This document shows, piece after piece, positions 47,051 through 56,973 of a stretch of DNA of 64,000 nucleotides. Numbering within the stretch: position 1 is the first letter of the stretch; each line of letters begins with the position of its first letter. A program made the position numbers and the translations under genes. The stretch lies in IMG/VR virus record IMGVR_UViG_3300023174_000039, positions 248,001-312,000 of that record. The stretch is one strand, 5' to 3'. The notes under the pieces were generated by a model. That model was not told where the DNA came from. It did no database searches and worked only from the letters and a program-made list of their open reading frames with translations.

Positions 47051-48550
47051 TTATTCTGCCTGTATTTCTACGCCTTCAGGAACAGGTTCTGCTCCTGGTG
47101 GAGGTGGTGGTTTACCTTCTTCAAGACTCAGCTTGACATCAACCCCTTCGTTGTGATAACTGTAGGGTTCGTGTGTGGGTGCTCTGCTCACAATACTTTC
47201 AAGTCCGTCTGCTAGAGTTTGCCAACCTTTACTGGTGTCAAACTCTGTGTCGTCCATGGTGGTTTTAACCACGGGCTTGGGTGCTGTTACTGAGGCTGCT
47301 GATGGCCCGTTCAAATCAATACCACCAGCTGAGAATATCAGCGTACTACCACCTTTCCAGGAACCGTTTGAACTATCTAACGCAAGTGATCCATCTGCTT
47401 TGACTCCAATGTAACTCTTGCTGTACAAGGTTAAATTTTCCTGTGCTGTAGCAGTCAAATTCATTTCTGCTTCTAATGTGATATTTTCTTTGGATTTGGC
47501 AGTGATGTTACGACCTGCATACATGTTGATATCTCGGTCGGCATGAAGATTGATATCTCCACGGGTGCGAACATTTACAGAGTTTGTGGCAAACACATCC
47601 ACAGTGCCTTCAGATCCAAACTCCAACCATGTGAGTCCATTGGCATGTGTGATATAAAAGAAATCGCCCGAATCACTCATGGTAATTTGATGACCCTTGG
47701 CAGTTCGCAAACGGAACAATGCATTATCGCCGTCTTGATTACCGTCGTCCATGACCAATGTATGGCCGCCCATGCGTCCAATAACTTTGACATCTTGTGG
47801 TTTTAGTGTGCCCGCATCAATGCGATCTCTAATCTCACCTGGTTTGATACCGCCTTGGTAAATGGCAACACCTGGAGTACTGACACCAAATACTGCACTA
47901 GGCGATTCTCGTTGACAGCTACTGGCAATTGGGCCGCGCTCGGGGTCATTTATTAGACCTTGTTGGAATAGCGCGGCGGCCACAACACTGTGGACTGGCT
48001 TGGACTGTTCAAAGAAACGTGGATTGTTGATTACCCCAAGATTAGTGTCGTTGATTTCAGTTACAGGTGCTTGACTAGCATCTGCTAGATACACTTTTTG
48101 GTTTTCGTTTTGTGCCACAAAATTTGTTGCAGAGCCAATTGCAGGGATCATGTGGTTGATACCTTGTTCAGGTACTACACCAATGTAATAACCTTGATCT
48201 CGATCACCGTTGATAAAGATACAAACTACGGTGACTCCCAGATCTGGCGGTGTGAACCACATACCATAACTGTTTCTGTTGCCAGGATATGTGCCTGGAC
48301 CTGTGCTGGTTCCTGACTTAGGTGTGGCGCCATAAAAACTAGGCAAATAATCCACTGTGGTCCACTTGGTTTCGTCAGTCATGTTGCCATCGTTGAAGTT
48401 GGTAATGAATACTTGTAGTCTCCCTGCTCGTGTGGGGTCAATGTTGTTCATTACTATGCCCAAAAACGGACCGTTCTCTGATGGGTATCCGCCACGGTCT
48501 AATTTATAATTCCCGGGACGTCCACGACTGCGTTGTGTATTTTCTGCCAT
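47051..48550 (-). CDS. Baseplate central spike, gp5/VgrG-like
   Basis: N-terminal OB-fold motif DPTRAGRLQV...W...YGMW..PPD.G..V, GH.LVMDD, beta-helix repeats, C-terminal PTHEPY. Confidence 0.85.
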   Translation of the reverse strand: MAENTQRSRGRPGNYKLDRGGYPSENGPFLGIVMNNIDPTRAGRLQVFITNFNDGNMTDETKWTTVDYLPSFYGATPKSGTSTGPGTYPGNRNSYGMWFTPPDLGVTVVCIFINGDRDQGYYIGVVPEQGINHMIPAIGSATNFVAQNENQKVYLADASQAPVTEINDTNLGVINNPRFFEQSKPVHSVVAAALFQQGLINDPERGPIASSCQRESPSAVFGVSTPGVAIYQGGIKPGEIRDRIDAGTLKPQDVKVIGRMGGHTLVMDDGNQDGDNALFRLRTAKGHQITMSDSGDFFYITHANGLTWLEFGSEGTVDVFATNSVNVRTRGDINLHADRDINMYAGRNITAKSKENITLEAEMNLTATAQENLTLYSKSYIGVKADGSLALDSSNGSWKGGSTLIFSAGGIDLNGPSAASVTAPKPVVKTTMDDTEFDTSKGWQTLADGLESIVSRAPTHEPYSYHNEGVDVKLSLEEGKPPPPPGAEPVPEGVEIQAE

Positions 48551-48559
48551 TATAGGTCC

Positions 48560-51500
48560 TTAGAAGTCTTTCTCTATAGTTTGTGGATTTGAATCAGTTT
48601 GTAGTTCAGCATTGGCATCAATCATGTTTTGATCTACGCCCATTTTAGGTGGTGCTAAAAACGCATTCAAACCAATGTCTTGGCCGTCACTGCTGGTTGT
48701 AGAATTTTGTTGCGGTCCTGGTGCTGAATCATCATTGGGTGTGGTGCTGGTAATAGATGCACTGGCAGTATTAGAATTATTAACTTCTGCTTCTATCTCT
48801 GCCTTTGTCTTGCCACCAGTTTTATTTGTTGATGTGCTGTCTTCAGATCTACTGCTAGCACCATCATTGCCAACACTGTTGCTTGGTTGCGTTACTGCAT
48901 TCTTCAAATTTTCAGTTGGATACAGATACAATGATCCATCAATGGTTTGTTCAAATCTACCTTGACGAAATTCTGAAGTACACTTGATTGCCTGGTACAC
49001 ATAGCTGTTTATAGGTTTACGTGGGCCGCCTTCTTTTCCATACGGGTTAGCAAGTCCTGTGTTTAAATTGTAGTCTTGTGGCTTTTGCCATTCAATGGAA
49101 AACATCACCTGCTGCGAATCAAAATTTATAGTGCCGTCAGGTAAAAACCCACCGTAATAAAAATTGCCAATGCCAACTCCGCTAGATACACTGCCTTGTT
49201 GTATCCATCCTGGATCACCAACAATTTTTATTTTGCCTTTGGCCAAGTCACTGGGGCTGTACAAAGACTCTGCCGCATTGGCACTGACTTCATTGGCATC
49301 TAACTCGGCACCTGATCGTGTTTGATCACTTGCAGCCTGGTAAGAATATTTTGTTAGTTCTCTCATACTACTGGTATATTTTTGTCGTAGTTTCTTAAGG
49401 TTGTTGTTGCCAGGTTCTTTACCACTTACTGTCATGTTATACAAGTGATTGAATGTGGCTTGGTAGTCAATCACATCTGTGTTTTCTCCAGTGAACCAGT
49501 AAAGATATTGTTTGTGTACTCCCAAGAACTTGGGAATAGGATAGAACTTGCTGTTGAAGTTTTGTATGATGTACGGACTGATAATGTATCTAATGGTATA
49601 AGAATAATCGTTGCGCTTGTAATCATATTTGCCAGGAATTGCTTCCATGGTAATTTCAAACCAATTTAAATTTGCAGTTGCCGGAACTTTGTTTTCAGAC
49701 GAGTTGTCATCTTCTCCGTCTTTGTTTATTTTTTCTACGTTGGGAGTCTCTGAGTTTTGTATTGCTGCCTGCTTGTAGATATAACTGCTGTTGCGAATGG
49801 TCAAATCAATAGCTTGCAGTATTTGTTGACCTGCAGTTACATTGAAATTTCTTACATTGTTGTCAGTGCGTTGTCTAGCAGTGTCTTTGCTCTTGGGATC
49901 CTTGGCTGCGGCTGGAGACATAGGAGTTGCACTTTGGTTTTTTACTTTACCAGGCAAAGTAATCAATGCATCTCTAATGGCTTCAGCTCCATTGGTAAAC
50001 ACAATTTCGTATGTGTCTGGTACTTGATAAATTCCTTTGGCTACTAGTTCGGCCTGAAGTTCATTCATGGCACCCATAAGTCCGGCAGTGATGGTTTTCT
50101 TAGGAGTTGGCGCCGCACTGGCTTTGGCTGGGCTGGGCAGTGCTACTCCAGTTACCGAGTTTAGACCGCCAGTTGCGCTGTCTGTACGTCTTGGATCGTT
50201 TGCATTACGCCCGCCGGCTGCCGCTGCATTTTGTCTTGTTAGCCGAGCAGTTTCAGCATTGCTTTGATTGCTGTTTGTAGGAGTAGTTGTGGTACTTGCT
50301 CCGGGGTTTGACGTAGTAGTTGCACCAGTTCCGTATTTGGCCGACCCGCCAAGCAATCCGCTTACAGTTGAATCTGACAGTTCTATATCATAAGGAACAG
50401 TGCCACGTGCGGTTGTACCGGCAATCAACTGTCCCACTGGTCCACATTCAAAATCATAGCTTACCAACTTGTTGCTCACACCCCAGTTGATTTTTTTAAT
50501 AATAAAAGGAATAAACTTTTCACAAATGGCATTGGGGTCACTCAGTCCGTCTTTGCCTTTGGCACCTGGTCGTATCAAGTTACCTGCTTCGTCATATCCA
50601 TACCAACGTATGACCATGAGATATTGTGCGGCTGTGTAGTTAACTGCACCTGTAGAATCTCTGGGTGCTTGATCTTGTACAGCTTGGTATAATCTGTCAA
50701 TTAGTGTGATGCCACCAGGTTCAATTACAGTGAACTTCATGTTGGTAACCATGTGCGCTGCATTGGTTTGCTTGCCTGGAAACTGATTTTCAACGGTGAT
50801 ACTTTCAATATAAAAGTCATCCGCAAAAAATGGATTACGTCCAGCATCTGGATCTTTGGCTCCAGGGGTAGCAATTGCTGACGATGTGTCTACACCCGGA
50901 GTAGGGTCTCCAGCATTCAAATTACTTGTACTGGCACTTGATAGCGCACCTTTAGCTCCCCCAACATTGGTAGGTGCTCCGCCAGATTGGAACAGCAAAT
51001 TGTAGCCGTTGACTTTCTTTTGTTTGCTTTGTATTAGTGCTTGGTACTGTGCCGGTGTCATCAAATACACCGAAGCATTATATGTTGAACTAGCAAACTT
51101 GGCTAGAATATTAGGCTGAGGAACAATAGGTTGTGGATCGTTAAACCCATTGTTAGTTTTTACAGATTGTGTTTCGGGTGTTGGGGGAATATTATCGTCA
51201 ACTTGCCCGTTGCCAGCAGTGGTTGGTGTGATTGGAGCACCGGTAGAACTTCCATTGGCTTCGCTGCCAATATTGGTATTAGTATCAGAATTAAGATTAA
51301 ATGTTGTTGTATTTGCACCTGTGTTTGTGTTTGTGTTTGTGTTTGTATTTGCACCTGTGTTTGTGTTTGTGTTTGTGTTTGTATTTGCACCTGTGGTCAC
51401 AAAACCATCACCAGTGTTTACCGGAGGAACTGGCATTGCTTGTCCAGACACTCCCTCATAGGTAGCTTGTGTGGTATTAAACGTTTTAGTAGCTTGATCA

Positions 51501-51862
51501 GTTCCTGCACTTGCAACTCCCACATCAGGCTGAGTGGCATTTGTAGGAGTGGTTGTTGCTGGAGGCGTTGTTACACGCCCGTCAGGACCTGCTTGCAATG
51601 GCGGCGGCTTGTTGGAATTGTTTGTTGCATCATCGTTGACTGTTTTACCAGCAGATTCTCCTGGGGTTGTTTGAATAGAATTTAGTTGTGCTTCCAGTGC
51701 TCTAATTTGCCCAGGAATAGTGGCAACTTCGGTAGTGTATCTTGCTATGATAGCCTGATTGCTTTGTAAACTTTTGTTTAATGTAGAAAGGCCATTTTGA
51801 GCAACACGATAGCGATCCTGAAGGGCGGCAATCTGTTGTTGAATTTGTGCCGAGGTAGCCAT
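48560..51862 (-). CDS. Baseplate hub (gp27-like) protein with low-complexity extensions
   Basis: F.VIEP.G..L, KIKIVGDP.W, Y......SEF..G.FEQ motifs; lies between the gp53-like and gp5-like genes. Confidence 0.65.
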   Translation of the reverse strand: MATSAQIQQQIAALQDRYRVAQNGLSTLNKSLQSNQAIIARYTTEVATIPGQIRALEAQLNSIQTTPGESAGKTVNDDATNNSNKPPPLQAGPDGRVTTPPATTTPTNATQPDVGVASAGTDQATKTFNTTQATYEGVSGQAMPVPPVNTGDGFVTTGANTNTNTNTNTGANTNTNTNTNTGANTTTFNLNSDTNTNIGSEANGSSTGAPITPTTAGNGQVDDNIPPTPETQSVKTNNGFNDPQPIVPQPNILAKFASSTYNASVYLMTPAQYQALIQSKQKKVNGYNLLFQSGGAPTNVGGAKGALSSASTSNLNAGDPTPGVDTSSAIATPGAKDPDAGRNPFFADDFYIESITVENQFPGKQTNAAHMVTNMKFTVIEPGGITLIDRLYQAVQDQAPRDSTGAVNYTAAQYLMVIRWYGYDEAGNLIRPGAKGKDGLSDPNAICEKFIPFIIKKINWGVSNKLVSYDFECGPVGQLIAGTTARGTVPYDIELSDSTVSGLLGGSAKYGTGATTTSNPGASTTTTPTNSNQSNAETARLTRQNAAAAGGRNANDPRRTDSATGGLNSVTGVALPSPAKASAAPTPKKTITAGLMGAMNELQAELVAKGIYQVPDTYEIVFTNGAEAIRDALITLPGKVKNQSATPMSPAAAKDPKSKDTARQRTDNNVRNFNVTAGQQILQAIDLTIRNSSYIYKQAAIQNSETPNVEKINKDGEDDNSSENKVPATANLNWFEITMEAIPGKYDYKRNDYSYTIRYIISPYIIQNFNSKFYPIPKFLGVHKQYLYWFTGENTDVIDYQATFNHLYNMTVSGKEPGNNNLKKLRQKYTSSMRELTKYSYQAASDQTRSGAELDANEVSANAAESLYSPSDLAKGKIKIVGDPGWIQQGSVSSGVGIGNFYYGGFLPDGTINFDSQQVMFSIEWQKPQDYNLNTGLANPYGKEGGPRKPINSYVYQAIKCTSEFRQGRFEQTIDGSLYLYPTENLKNAVTQPSNSVGNDGASSRSEDSTSTNKTGGKTKAEIEAEVNNSNTASASITSTTPNDDSAPGPQQNSTTSSDGQDIGLNAFLAPPKMGVDQNMIDANAELQTDSNPQTIEKDF
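51309..51395 (-). repeat. In-frame nested tandem repeat: 36-bp unit containing a 6-bp microsatellite, encoding TGANTNTNTNTN
   Basis: gtatttgcacct at 51309, 51345 and 51381, with (gtgttt)4 between copies. Confidence 0.9.
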
Positions 51863-51865
51863 TGA

Positions 51866-52165
51866 TTAAAACCCCAGTGATGTTTTGAGAGTGTTGAGTT
51901 TAGGCAAGTAAATTTTTACACCTGACTTAAAATCCAACGGTGGTGCTGTGAGTGTGTTAGGGTTGCGTTGATAAAATACCCACCACAAGGCAGCATCTTG
52001 GTACAAGTCAAATGCCAACAGGTCTGGTCGATACTGGTATGTTTGATTGATGATAAATTCCAGGTCATCAGTTTCTTTGGGAATAGATCGGTTGACCATG
52101 ACATCCAAGAAAAACTGACTATATCCAGTTTGATAGTACGGGCTTGTTGACACATAGTTAGACAT
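51866..52165 (-). CDS. Baseplate wedge subunit, gp53/LysM-like
   Basis: YRPDLLAFDLY...LWWVF..RN...G..IYLP pattern. Confidence 0.8.
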   Translation of the reverse strand: MSNYVSTSPYYQTGYSQFFLDVMVNRSIPKETDDLEFIINQTYQYRPDLLAFDLYQDAALWWVFYQRNPNTLTAPPLDFKSGVKIYLPKLNTLKTSLGF

Positions 52166-54918
52166 TACCAGAATCCTCCTTTGATCAACGCACCCGATGC
52201 AAATTCTTTCATGTTGAACTGTGTGCTCACTTGACTGCGTGTGTTGATTGGCAGCAGAGTAATACTGAGTTCAATCTTGGTTGGCACATAGGTTGCCTGC
52301 GAAGTGTTATTGACGTTTTGATTTATCATACCTGGAGTTGGCGGAGTTGCTGTAGCACCCACTGGGGGTTTGGTTGGTGTTCCTAACAATCGTGTTAGGC
52401 TAGCAGATCCAGCATTGGCCGCAATAGCACCTGTTCGGGCACGTTGTGTTAACAAATTTGTACCATAGTTGTTGGGTGCATTTGCTCTTATATAGTCAAC
52501 ATCAGGCGGTAGGCTGTAGTTAAACTGCGATACCACACACGGATGCTGATTAAACTGGTACGCACCCAGGCCACTTAGATAAGTCAGCGGGGGCGGTGCA
52601 CCGCGATATGCATCTTTGGCACCGTAGAACATTTTGGTTACACTGCGGAAGAAGTGAATTACTGCTAACAAGTAGGCGGCTTCTTGTGTGTCTTGTGCGG
52701 TAAATGTAGCACGAATATTGATGTCATTCACGCGGCTGTTCTTGTAGAAGTATCCACGGAAGTTTGAGTGTGTGAGATCATACATTTCATAGTTGGCATT
52801 GTATGATGTTTCAATTGACGGAGTGTAAGGGAATATCACACCATCGGTGTCGTATAAGGGTTTTAATATGCCTGCTTCGGCACCATCTTTGCCGGCTTTG
52901 TACAGGTAGTTTGCCCCAGGTGCCAGTTGCAATCGCACACGCCAATCTGAACTGGCAGGCTGTTTGTAACGTGCTTGTAGTGTGGCTTGGTTCAGTGCAT
53001 TATTTTTAGCGGCTGCAGTTTCGGCAGCATCTCGATCAGCATTGATTTGATCTTGTATAGGGCCTGTGGTTCCATCATCAGCGGCGGCACCCAGTGCTGG
53101 ATCAGTTTTAGAGTCAACATTGGTGGCTTCATATTGTTCGGCACCTTCAGCAGCGGCAGCTGCCAATTCAGCATCAACTTCTTCCGGCGATAACAGCGGC
53201 GGTTCTTCTAGTGCGTTTTCATTGGCACGAACTTGTTCATCAACTCCGGCAAATTCATCTACAGCTTCTGGATCAAAGTGCTGAGGTTCTGCATTGGCGT
53301 CAATAAGATTTTGATCAACTATAGAGTTTTGAGGGTCTGCATTAGCGTCAACAAAATTCTGGTCAACTGCTTGCGGATCAAAACTTTGAGGTGCTGCATT
53401 AGCGTCAAGAAGATTCTGATCAACTGCTTGTGGATCAAAGTTTTCCGGCGCCGTGTTAGCGTCAATAAAGTTTTGATCAACTGCTGCTGGGTCTCTCGAT
53501 TCAAACAGTGCCGCAGTTTCAGCTTCGGTCAATTCTGTTACGGTAACATCAGCTTCAACAAACGAATCAACTAAGTTTGGATCAGCACCATCAAACAATG
53601 CATTGGTTTCTTCTTCGCTGAGAATTGTTAATGTAGTTTCTGCCTGAACTTCTGCATTGGCGTCAAGAAAGTTCTGATCCACAGCAGTTTCTGGATCATT
53701 GTCGGCGACTACTAATGCATTGAGATTTTGGTTGTTAGCGGTGAATGCATCAGAGTTTTCTACAATTACTGCTTGATTTATTTCAACAGATGTCAGCTGG
53801 CGGTTATTGTTATCTGTTGCATTGTCAATGTTGGTCTGTGCTCGATCGATTACAGATGCATTTTCTGCAATTGTGGCCAGTTGTGCGGCATTGTTTGCTT
53901 CAAGTAATGCTCGTCGATCAGCAGGCAAGTTGTCATCTGCGAGTTCACGATTGTTCTGATCAATGATTGCTTGTGCTTGCCGTTGCTGTTCTTGTGCCTC
54001 TGCCAATGATTCTTGATTGGCCAAGATTGATCGATTGTTGGCTTGAATATTTTCTTCTGCTCGGGCAATTTCGGTTTGTGCACCAACAACATTTTGTAAA
54101 TTTTGATCCTCGTCATCTGTTAATACAGTGTTTCCGGCCAAAAGTTTTGCGGCATCCTGAGCAACAGCGGATGTGTCAGGTGTTGGTACTGGATTGCCCG
54201 TGGTAGTACCACTCTGTGTCACTGATGAGTTGGTGGTTTTACCTAGTCCAGAATAATATGTACCGCCAGTTTCTTCATTGATAGCAAAGCCAGGCATCAA
54301 GTTACCATCGTCGTCATATGCAGGAAACTGACTGGGATCTGAAGAGGGCTTAACCAGTGTTTTACTTGTTGCTGGTCCGGGATCAAAAACTGATTCGCCA
54401 ATGTTGGCTACAGCCGACGGTGCAGTTGTAGAAGAAGTAGTGCCTCCTACACCTAAAATATCTTTGGCTGAACTGAATAACGATCCAACCAGTTTGGCAG
54501 TTCCTGCAGGATTGGCCACTGCCATTGCCAAGGCAGTTGCACCTGCAATATCTAACAGTCCATTACTACTACTCATAGTTGGACCAGTTCCAGTGTTAGT
54601 TTGTACGTTGTATGGTTTTGCTTGTTTAACCCCAGAATCAACTGCTGGTGATACTGCTTTTCCTGTGGTTCCTGCGGCCACTGCTACCTTATTGTTGGCA
54701 GCATTTAGTGCCATTTGTGCGCTTTTGACTGTGGTGCTACTGGTAGTCACAGCATTTTGTGCCGCCGTTAATGCCGCAGTTTGTGCGGCTGTAGGAGTTC
54801 CGCCCTTGGCTGTTATAGTTGCAATTGCTTGCTGAGACGCGGCCAATGAAGCAACTGCATTGTTATATGCTCGTTGAGCTAGCACAGCGGCATTGTTTAG
54901 TTTTGGATCGACGGCCAT
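52165..54918 (-). CDS. Tail-tube initiator / baseplate cap-like protein with a long low-complexity N-terminal region
   Basis: C-terminal domain DWRVRL...GVIFPYTP...FTAQ...HFFRSVTKMFYG...PPP...VP..I.LSITL.P; adjacent to the gp53-like gene. Confidence 0.6.
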   Translation of the reverse strand: MAVDPKLNNAAVLAQRAYNNAVASLAASQQAIATITAKGGTPTAAQTAALTAAQNAVTTSSTTVKSAQMALNAANNKVAVAAGTTGKAVSPAVDSGVKQAKPYNVQTNTGTGPTMSSSNGLLDIAGATALAMAVANPAGTAKLVGSLFSSAKDILGVGGTTSSTTAPSAVANIGESVFDPGPATSKTLVKPSSDPSQFPAYDDDGNLMPGFAINEETGGTYYSGLGKTTNSSVTQSGTTTGNPVPTPDTSAVAQDAAKLLAGNTVLTDDEDQNLQNVVGAQTEIARAEENIQANNRSILANQESLAEAQEQQRQAQAIIDQNNRELADDNLPADRRALLEANNAAQLATIAENASVIDRAQTNIDNATDNNNRQLTSVEINQAVIVENSDAFTANNQNLNALVVADNDPETAVDQNFLDANAEVQAETTLTILSEEETNALFDGADPNLVDSFVEADVTVTELTEAETAALFESRDPAAVDQNFIDANTAPENFDPQAVDQNLLDANAAPQSFDPQAVDQNFVDANADPQNSIVDQNLIDANAEPQHFDPEAVDEFAGVDEQVRANENALEEPPLLSPEEVDAELAAAAAEGAEQYEATNVDSKTDPALGAAADDGTTGPIQDQINADRDAAETAAAKNNALNQATLQARYKQPASSDWRVRLQLAPGANYLYKAGKDGAEAGILKPLYDTDGVIFPYTPSIETSYNANYEMYDLTHSNFRGYFYKNSRVNDINIRATFTAQDTQEAAYLLAVIHFFRSVTKMFYGAKDAYRGAPPPLTYLSGLGAYQFNQHPCVVSQFNYSLPPDVDYIRANAPNNYGTNLLTQRARTGAIAANAGSASLTRLLGTPTKPPVGATATPPTPGMINQNVNNTSQATYVPTKIELSITLLPINTRSQVSTQFNMKEFASGALIKGGFW
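53255..53490 (-). repeat. 57-bp coding repeat (AVDQNxxDANAxPQxFDPQ), about 4 copies, with another core copy near 53660-53700
   Basis: Seen directly in the translation of 52165..54918. Confidence 0.8.
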
Positions 54919-54936
54919 TATTAGTTTCCTATATGT

Positions 54937-54944
54937 TATTTACC
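54937..54944 (-). promoter_or_regulatory. Late promoter variant GGTAAATA heading the baseplate operon
   Basis: Followed by acatatAGGAaactaata ATG(54918). Confidence 0.55.
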
Positions 54945-54987
54945 GGGTTTAAAATGTGGGCCGTTTATCCGTAATCGCACAAACAGG

Positions 54988-55015
54988 TTGACAAATGTTG
55001 TAAATATGCTACACT
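54988..55015 (+). promoter_or_regulatory. Sigma70-type promoter for the late sigma factor gene
   Basis: Perfect TTGACA (54988-54993), 16-nt spacer ending TGC, TACACT (55010-55015); AGGAG ribosome binding site near 55028. Confidence 0.65.
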
Positions 55016-55044
55016 ACATTATATTTTAGGAGTTCATACACAGT

Positions 55045-55944
55045 ATGTCTTTATTGCCCAAGCCGGCCGCCAAGGTCAACTATCTCAACAACAGAGATAT
55101 TTTAAAAGAGATTCACCACAGCAAAAACACTTACTGCTGGTACAGAGACAGAGATCTAGATCATCAGTTTGATTTAATCTTACCTAGCGTGGACAAAATA
55201 AATCAACGCACTGTGGTTGAAGCACGTAAAAACCGTGCGGACCGTATCAAACGAGAAACAGGCGAAATTATTGATCAAAAGAAGATACCCAATACAGATC
55301 TAGTGTTTCGTATCACGTGTTGGGATCATATTCCCAAGGCACCTAAGAAAATTACCAAAGCTGAAGCAAAAAAGAAAAAGCTAGAAGAAATACTGGATCT
55401 AGATGATGCGGTTGAAGATGACCCGCTAGCAGACCTAGTAGATGTGCCGGTACTGAACATGAACTATGTGCGTTTGAACTTCCCACCGTTTGAACACTAT
55501 CGACTAGATGAAAATAAAAATACTTTTTTGGTTGGGCGAAGTCACTGGCAGGGCGACTTGGAAACAGGAGAGTTTTCTAGAGATCATGGCAACATGACTC
55601 GTAAACTTGCAATGATGTTTATGAAGCTGTGTGAGCGTTATGCCACACGGTCAAACTGGCGTGGCTACACCTACAACGAAGAGATGCGTGGACAGGCTCT
55701 ACTACAACTCAGCCAAATTGGTCTGCAGTTTGACGAGTCAAAATCGCAGAACCCTTTTGCTTATTACACTGCGGCCATTACCAACAGCTTTACTCGTATC
55801 CTAAATATTGAGAAGAAGAATCAAAACATACGCGATGACATTTTGGAAATGAACGGATTGAATCCATCATGGACTAGACAGAATTCCGGCAAGGCAGGTA
55901 TGGCAGCCATGTCCGGACCGGTTGTGTCTAGCTTGGATGAGTAG
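55045..55944 (+). CDS. Late-transcription sigma factor, T4 gp55-like
   Basis: NYLNNRDIL, NWRGYTYNEEM, FDESKSQNPFAYYT...F.R....EKK; sits upstream of gp47/gp46. Confidence 0.85.
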   Translation: MSLLPKPAAKVNYLNNRDILKEIHHSKNTYCWYRDRDLDHQFDLILPSVDKINQRTVVEARKNRADRIKRETGEIIDQKKIPNTDLVFRITCWDHIPKAPKKITKAEAKKKKLEEILDLDDAVEDDPLADLVDVPVLNMNYVRLNFPPFEHYRLDENKNTFLVGRSHWQGDLETGEFSRDHGNMTRKLAMMFMKLCERYATRSNWRGYTYNEEMRGQALLQLSQIGLQFDESKSQNPFAYYTAAITNSFTRILNIEKKNQNIRDDILEMNGLNPSWTRQNSGKAGMAAMSGPVVSSLDE

Positions 55945-55950
55945 TATAAT
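55922..55950 (+). promoter_or_regulatory. Sigma70-type promoter (TTGTGT-N17-TATAAT), probably leaderless, for gp47
   Basis: Perfect TATAAT at 55945-55950; ATG 55957 follows after 6 nt with no Shine-Dalgarno. Confidence 0.55.
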
Positions 55951-55956
55951 CAATAG

Positions 55957-56973
55957 ATGAGTAATCTATTTAAAAAAGCCGCAATCTTCACAGACATCCA
56001 CTTTGGTCTCAAGTCAAACAGCACATTGCACAACGAAGACTGTTTGGCTTTTGTCAAATGGGCCACTGCCAAGGCCAAGGCAGAAGGCTGTGACACTTGT
56101 CTGTTTCTAGGTGATTGGCACAACAATCGATCAAGCCTAAACATTGTCACACTAAGCTACAGTCTGCGAGCATTAGAACACATGAATGCCAACTTTGATC
56201 GTGTGTTTTTCATTCCTGGCAATCATGACTTGTATTATCGTGACAAGCGTGATATACAAAGTGTAGAATGGGCCAAACACTTGCCAAACATTGAAATATG
56301 CAACGACTGGTTCAGTGATGGCAATGTTATCATTGCTCCTTGGTTGTGTGGCGACGATCATAAACGTATTCCCAAACTAAAAGGTCAGTACATGTTTGGG
56401 CATTTTGAACTGCCTGGATACATGATGAATGCCATGGTAGAGATGCCAGATCACGGAGAGATCCGCAGGGAAGACTTCAACAACTTTGATCATGTGTTCA
56501 CTGGTCACTTTCACAAACGTCAGACCAAAAAGAACATTACCTACATTGGTAACTGCTTTCCGCACAACTATGCTGATGCCGGTGACGATGATCGTGGATT
56601 GACTATTTTAGAGTGGGGGCAAGATCCGGTGTATCATGCGTGGCCCGCACAACCCAAATATCGGGTGTTAGGGTTAAGCTCGGTAATTGACAATGCTGCC
56701 ACACTGCTTGCTCCTGACATGCATGTTCGTGTACAATTAGACATTGAGATCTCATACGAAGAAGCCAACTTCATTAAAGAAACATTTATCAAGCAGTATC
56801 AACTGCGAGAAATGGCATTGATTCCTAACAAGAACTCCGGGGTTGACACAGACATGGCACCCGGAGAAGTAAAGTTTGAATCTGTTGATCAAATTGTTAC
56901 AGACCAACTCACCAACATTGAATCTGAATTTTACGATCCAAAACTGTTGCTAAAGATTTATCAAAACTTATGA
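55957..56973 (+). CDS. Recombination endonuclease subunit gp47 (Mre11/SbcD-like)
   Basis: Metallophosphoesterase motifs DIHFG, GDW, GNHD, GHFE, GHFH. Confidence 0.93.
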   Translation: MSNLFKKAAIFTDIHFGLKSNSTLHNEDCLAFVKWATAKAKAEGCDTCLFLGDWHNNRSSLNIVTLSYSLRALEHMNANFDRVFFIPGNHDLYYRDKRDIQSVEWAKHLPNIEICNDWFSDGNVIIAPWLCGDDHKRIPKLKGQYMFGHFELPGYMMNAMVEMPDHGEIRREDFNNFDHVFTGHFHKRQTKKNITYIGNCFPHNYADAGDDDRGLTILEWGQDPVYHAWPAQPKYRVLGLSSVIDNAATLLAPDMHVRVQLDIEISYEEANFIKETFIKQYQLREMALIPNKNSGVDTDMAPGEVKFESVDQIVTDQLTNIESEFYDPKLLLKIYQNL

